Shown: piece by piece, positions 58,061 to 64,000 of the stretch | How positions within the stretch are numbered: position 1 is the stretch's first letter | Layout of the letters: the number at the start of each line of letters is the position of its first letter | From: Neoechinorhynchus agilis | Lineage: Eukaryota; Animalia; Acanthocephala | Assembly: GCA_051530055.1 (NCBI GenBank) | Contig: CM121342.1 | Location: 10,245,480-10,309,479 of the forward strand | DNA length: 64,000 nucleotides | Direction of reading: 5' to 3' | Notes under the pieces: generated by a model | What the model was told of the DNA's origin: nothing | Database searches by the model: none | The model's input: only the letters and a program-made list of their open reading frames with translations | Position numbers and translations under genes: made by a program

Positions 58061-59849
58061 GCATTTAGATTCAAAAACTATCCGCTTCGACCACTATAGG
58101 TCATTCAGAGTAACCGGGATCCCTGACGATCGCCGTGAAATGACCTTTTATTGGACGTTAATAAATATGGAAAGTGTGTGAATTCATATTAAATGCTAAA
58201 TCCATGAGAGGTATTTATTTGGTGCGGACAAACTTGACGGCGAGAGCGGTAATCGGGATTTCGGGAAAAATGATTCATATTTTCCTTAGATGCTCAAATT
58301 TGCGGATAAAAACGAACAAATTCTAGGATATTTGTCGCGAGATCCTGGGATGTTATGCTACTTTCTGCTTATAGAGTGTGCATGAATGCTAATGGGCATT
58401 TTTGCCACATTCTCCAGTGAAAGAAGCAATTCCAAAACAGTAAGCAAATCGCAAATGCACTACGCGAATCTCAACTCTCGACATTTATTCCTTATTTATG
58501 GTATTTTCGTTAACTCGGTAATAATAACTGCTCTAGTACTTTAAAGAAATTCGTAAAAGTTAACAATGCTGCTTTGAGTGGAATCTGTAGAAGTTTAGTG
58601 AACTTCGTAAAACTACTTTTGAGTCTCAGCCTTTCTTTTAAATGCCTTTTTTTAACGAGAGCCTCCAATCTTAAATTGCGTCCATTCATACAGGGGCAAT
58701 AACCTCTTCGATGTTTGTCCTTTGAGTTTATAAGTGTTAGCGACAATCAATTGAGTCAAACGGGATAAAATAAGTTAACGTGTGTTTCTTAAACTCCAAT
58801 TTTGAATTCCCAATATACATAAGTTTGAAGTTCTAGATCATATATTTGCCGATTGTCATTGATAGGGTTGATTAAGGTCTACTGAAGTCAATAAGCGAGT
58901 GCTTTAAGCGTCAGCGTGGATCAAATGAACCCCTTCGGGCCTTGAAAGAGATTAATGACAGCAAATGGAGTGTTACTGGATACTCTTCTTTGGTGGGTCC
59001 AGAATTGCGTGAAATGCTCTTCAGTTTTGAAAAGTTTGTCCCACAATTGAAGCTTAAAGCTTCATTCTAATGAAGAGGTGTTTTCGTGCAGGTTTTATTT
59101 TGACAGTGATTTTTTGTTGCTCAACATTGGAGGCGAGTATCAAAGGCGATTAAGGAATAAAACGTATGCTTAAGCATTTGGAACTAAAGGTTGAACAATG
59201 CTGAGAATTAGAACCCTGCGATGGTTCCCTCATTAAATAGTCCTGGCGGTGTTCATTTGCAAGTTCATATTCCGAGGAAGATTAATTTTATCATGGAATT
59301 CTATATCATCAAAGTGCGCATCTCGAGCAGTTAAGGATAGATTCATTTTTGTCATGAAATTTTATTTTACAGTAGTGAATTTTGCATGCCTAATTTCGAT
59401 GCTTCTTTGTCGATATTTCTCGATCATCCAAAGGAATGAGGACAAATCGCGCTGAGATTCAGCAGCAGCAGCCGATTTTTATTGGGGTAAATTAATCAAG
59501 TCTAATTTCGTCAGTTATTTAAAGATATTTCCGGAATAGGAAGCTGACTAACCTTGCTTATCAGAAAATCTGTTTTAAAACTGTGTTCCGAGGCAGGCTA
59601 ATTTGATAATGGCGTTTTAATAACACGCTTCATTGTACGAGATTGTACAAGGTATAAGAACCATATATCTTTTGTTCCTCATGAACATTTGAACTCGCAG
59701 ATGCAAAATTTACCATTATTAAGTAAAAACGTATTTCAGCGACAAAGGAGACTATTTCCATTTTAAACGATTTCCTTAATTTTTAATGTGATAAACATTA
59801 GCAAGAACAACGATAATACGATAACGAATCACTAAAGTTCATTTTTCAG

Positions 59850-61430
59850 GATGCATTAAATGCTTTATTATAACAAGTACAACATTTTATTGTTAAAGGT
59901 AAAAGAATTGTGTACCTTTGGGTCCTCGTGTTGTGGTCGCGCGGGAAAGTTGGTGTTTATTGGTGAAGGCGAGTTTGTGAGGTTGGGTATTTCCTCCTGT
60001 TCATTTTGGGTCATGAAATCCGAGAAGATCGGACAATGTGAAAAAAGGAGCGGAGGTAGAGGTGCGTGCGAGGTCGAGGGAGGATGAAAGGAATTCGGAT
60101 TACGAGTGCTCATGTGAAAAACGGAATAAAATGTGGACTAAATTGTGATGGTGGTAGGTTTAAAATGCGTTTTGAGTGTATCGTGAAAATTTTATAAAGG
60201 CATTTGGCGAGCGGGGGAAAATCAACTGTGCAAATTTCAGAGGCTATTCTATGAAACTTTTCAAGGTGGCGGATATGTGATTGGGAAAGATTGAAAAAGA
60301 CGAGATAACCGTTAGAGAGGAAGGGTAAAATAAAGCTTTATTAAAATTTAGAGGAATCAGGCGAAAGGACTCCTAAATGACGGAGACGTTTTGGGAGGTA
60401 GATTTTAAAGGCATTGCGTTCGAAGGAAATATAGTGTGCGAGTCCCATTTTCAGACTTGATTGAAATTAAAAGGAAGTTTTTGCAAGCAACAAGTATTTT
60501 TGTCAGATCACGCGTTATGCAAACGGAGAAAGTCAGGAGATTAAATATTATGATCCTGATTATCCCAGACGGGAAAACGGGGAGATTTCATACGCTGAGG
60601 TGGGGTGGAGATAATGATAAGGGCAGAAGAATGGTCAGAGTTCGCGGGGGGGGTAGTTTAGAGGCGGATGAGTAGGCGTCGATATTTGTGAACAATTTGT
60701 AGAGGTGAGTGTCAAGACGAGTTGGGAAGTCAATAAGCTGACGCAACTCGGAGAAGGATAGAAGAGGAAATATATTATTGAAGTCCCTTGCAATTAAGAA
60801 ATGCTGAGAATTTGTGGAATTTATGAGCTCTACCATAGAGTCAATTTGGAGCAAAGAGGACTCAGGTCGAGAGGCCGGAGGGCGTTAGACGCCAGCAATG
60901 TTGAACTCTCCAAGGCCGTTTCTCAGAGGAGCTATTAAATGCATTGCGATGAATTCTAGAGCCCGTGAGAGATAAAGAGTATGGTAGTGATTGACGAACG
61001 AAAATTGAGATCGCAGTACTTATGGAAGGAAGAGTACCCGGGAAGGATGGCGAAATCGCTGTGTATGGAGGTCAGCCATGTTTAAGTTAAGACGATTACG
61101 TCGGCCTTTGAAGTATATGAAATAATTGATACTTCATCAAGTTTAGGGAAAAGGCGTCGAATGTTAGAATAGAGTAACATTGGATGTGGAAATGAGGGAG
61201 ATTGGGGTTGCTTTTGGTTGTAGTGGATGATAAAGTAAGGGAGGAACTGATTCAAGTTTTCGATATCGATAGCGAATCGAAAATTTGTTTTGGGAAGAGT
61301 GATTCACAATGATAGGAACGAGTTTTGAGTGGAGAATTAATGTGGTCAGGGGGAGAATGGTGTTTAATGTGGATGGGCTGCGTGATTGCTCTTGATGGTT
61401 TTTCGGGCGCCTTTGGATACGCACATAGTC
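59850..61430 (-). mobile_element. L2/CR1-group LINE fragments (APE and RT C-terminus)
   Basis: HFLIARDFN...RQLIDFPTR...LYKLFTN APE remnant; 60150-60300 nearly identical to 30470-30600. Confidence 0.75.
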
Positions 61431-61854
61431 AAAGAAGTTTGGGTGTCGGTTACTTTTCGAGTTTTTAAGATGTGAAAGATGCTTTAAGGTATTAACTAAA
61501 AGCGAAGGTTTATCTGGAAGGAATGGTCAACATTATGGAAGGGAACAAAGCAAACATTTCCCTCCAATTATTCCTTTAGATAGCCTAAATGCATCCAGGG
61601 AGCGAGTCAAACGAACACTAATTTCTTGTGAGGATGACCTTACGTGCTTATTTTTAGGTTAGAATTAATAATTATCGATACAATCAGTCGACACTTACAC
61701 TTTCGTCCTTAACGCGATCCTTTCTGTTGTACCCGAATGCCATCCTCAACGAAAATGAACGACGAATTCCCATGAACATCCGAAAATGGGAACATTTTCC
61801 AAAAATACGCGATCACAATTATGAAAATAAAAATTTTCCTAGCGTCTATTAATA

Positions 61855-61995
61855 AAAAAAACTGATGATGAACCCGACGAGGAGGTTCGCAGAAAGTTTT
61901 TAATCGAAAAAATTATTTGCCGGGTGAAGACTTCTAAACAATAAATCCTCAAATCATATACTCCTCGGTACCTACTCACATATCGACATTTTCCT
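61855..61995 (+). mobile_element. Single-arm copy of family B with tail
   Basis: ctgatgatgaacccgacgaggaggttcgcagaa...gtgaagacttctaaacaataa followed by the reverse complement of the family-B tail (catatcgacatttt). Confidence 0.75.
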
Positions 61996-62111
61996 TGTAG
62001 ATGCTCTAGAAGTTCTCGTAACCTAGTGTTTTTGTGTTGCTATTTTAATCGAATCAAAAATCCAAATGCGCGTTCCTTTTTCTTAATTTAACTTTCTTAC
62101 AGTGGGGATAT

Positions 62112-62708
62112 TTATTGAAGTTCCGATTCGTTTCGGATATATTGCCCAACATCGGCCTGATTAAAGCAAACAACAGTCAGTGGATCAACGACGGATCTAC
62201 ACTCCGTGGTAGATTTCGCTGCGACCCCAAAACCGAGAGGAGTATCGTTCATTGAAAAGACGACAACGCCATCATACTTTGGAATCGCTTCACTCAATCG
62301 ACCGATCCCAGATCTCAGTGGATTCTGTCCATAAAGAAATTGCATTTGAGCGCTTTCTTTTAGCCAAATTTTGTTTTTGGCGTACGGTGCGATGATGTCC
62401 AGAGCCGTCACATGAAGGTGAAACTTGCCGCTTTTAGTGAATTTGCCAATGCAAAGACCAAATGATTGAACTGATTTTCGAGGGAAAATTTGAGCTTTTT
62501 TTATTAGATCGAGTCTGGAGTAATATACACGGTCTTTGTGAAGACGAAATCCATATTCTCCATCAGCCCGATCGATAAGCAATTTAATGTTATCACCAAT
62601 GCTTAAGATAAGGAAACGTTTAATCAGAAAATCTTTAAGAACAAATACTCACAAAAATTTTATTTTCGAAAATACAGATTTCAATTCATCGTCGGTTAAA
62701 GGACGCAT
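62112..62708 (-). CDS. NIP7: 60S ribosome biogenesis factor NIP7; exons 62708-62653 and 62601-62112
   Basis: MRPLTDDE...F/IGDNIKLLIDR.DGEYGFRLHKDRVYY, GKFTKSGKFHLHVTALD, FLYG, PLGFGVAAKST, QADVGQYIRNE; GTGAGT...TAAG intron of 51 nt. Confidence 0.96.
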
Positions 62709-62789
62709 TTGGGAATTATGCACAACATTATTAATGGTTTAAAGAGAAGCTTCGCGAAACGGAAGAAATGGCGGTCATGACCGCTTTGT

Positions 62790-63000
62790 GGTTCCACTGA
62801 AGACCGTAAAAGGACCAAATACAGGGACCTGAATCGAAATCATTATTTCGTTCCCTTTTGCGTCGAGGCACTCGGGTCGTTTGGTACCGCGGCGCAGGAC
62901 CTGGTCAAAACAATTGTCTAAAAGATTGAGAAAAATAACTGGCGATCCGAGATCAGGAGCATTCCTTCTTTCAAAATATGGGGAACTTTTGCATCCGTCC
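62790..63000 (+). mobile_element. CRE-like 3' fragment
   Basis: KRTKYRDL...YFVPFCVEALGSFGTAAQDLVK, then frameshifted RLRKITGDPRSGAFLL; homologous to 9540-9730. Confidence 0.7.
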
Positions 63001-63072
63001 TTTTGACCATTACACTAGGAAGGTAACTGAGTGATCTAAAGCGCTGGCGTGAATGTTTACAAACTCTTTTTC

Positions 63073-63435
63073 TCTATTTTTGAAGACTGGCCAGCCGGCA
63101 ACTTTTATTAAGTATCTATATGTGGCCTCACGGCTTATAATTTTCCTTGGGCCACACAGCCCACCGATCTGGTTCAGGGAAGCGTAAAAAATCACTCAAT
63201 ATCCCTCTGAACCAGAAGGTCATGAGTTTGTACATCCTGTGGATCCTCAGATACCTCCCGAGGAGGCGAGACTCATCAGTCGTTTCCTTTGGTTGTGCGT
63301 CATTGGCGGTAACGGATTCAAACCAGTCCGGAGGAATGTACAAACTCATGACCGTGTGGTTCAGCAGAGTATTAAGTCATTTTATGTGCTTCCCTGAACC
63401 ACATCCGCGCCAAAGGCCGCACATAGACACTTAAA
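63073..63435. mobile_element. 363-bp nested-palindrome element, copy 2
   Basis: About 98% identical to 40594-40956; its arms pair slightly better than in copy 1. Confidence 0.85.
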
Positions 63436-64000
63436 AAAACTATTTTTGTTGAGAAATAAATAAGTTTAAAAATTAAGAATAGATTTTGAAGGAAAATAAC
63501 AGCATAAAAATATCTCTGATGTTTATCAATAATTTATTAAAAACATTTAAAATCCGAAATTACGCATTCAACATTTTTAACTAAAAGTCGGAACTAAAGA
63601 GTTCGTCGATTTTTCGGTAATAATGAAAAAATGGAACGTTGCCTTTTAATACCACTTCAATTTGTATTTTCTGGTTTGACCGTTGACCAATCGTGTCAAT
63701 AATTAATGTAGTCTAAGGCATGAATTGATGATTAATATGGAATTCCCATAATCTCGGATGGATGTCATTTTTGGCATATCATAAAAAGAATGTCCTTGAC
63801 TGTAAAGATAAACCCTTTTATTGATTTACATTTCAAGGTCATTACATCCAACTATAAATGGCGATTTGTTGAAATATCACAGAAAATCGACTTTTTAATA
63901 TTATACTGAAATTTCTAAATAAAATCACTTTTAATTTTTTCAACTAGACGTGTATAAAAGGAACAACGTTCTCCGTTCAAGCGTTATTTTTCATGGTGAT

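Noticed and set aside
58097-58140. Type III hammerhead (aggtcatt...CTGACGA...GAAAtgacct)
   Set aside because: Stem III is present, but stems I and II do not form convincingly.

Overview
AT-rich animal genomic DNA (species not identifiable from sequence) using the standard genetic code. A compact set of host genes (DDX3/PL10 helicase, cytosolic Met-tRNA synthetase, NDUFB3, Chk1, MICU1, Tim23, a TFIIIC90/GTF3C4-like gene, an LRR protein, NIP7, several orphans and an RNGTT pseudogene) sits among decayed retroelements (RTE, L2/CR1-group, CRE-like, Penelope-like, a tRNA-Asp SINE), hammerhead-bearing foldback elements and a 24-copy ~207-bp tandem array. Main observation: the otherwise intact MetRS gene (3 times) and MICU1 gene (once) are interrupted by sequences that must be removed to restore conserved motifs. 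Three of the four have no motif-preserving GT-AG reading and the fourth has only a weak one. All four are bounded by a TA direct repeat (upstream copy decayed in two) and have base-pairing ends. They coexist with ordinary GT-AG introns. This points to either a non-canonical, transposon-derived intron class or IES-like DNA excision in an animal; DNA alone cannot distinguish the two. All alignments and family assignments were made by eye from recalled motifs; no database search or folding program was run.
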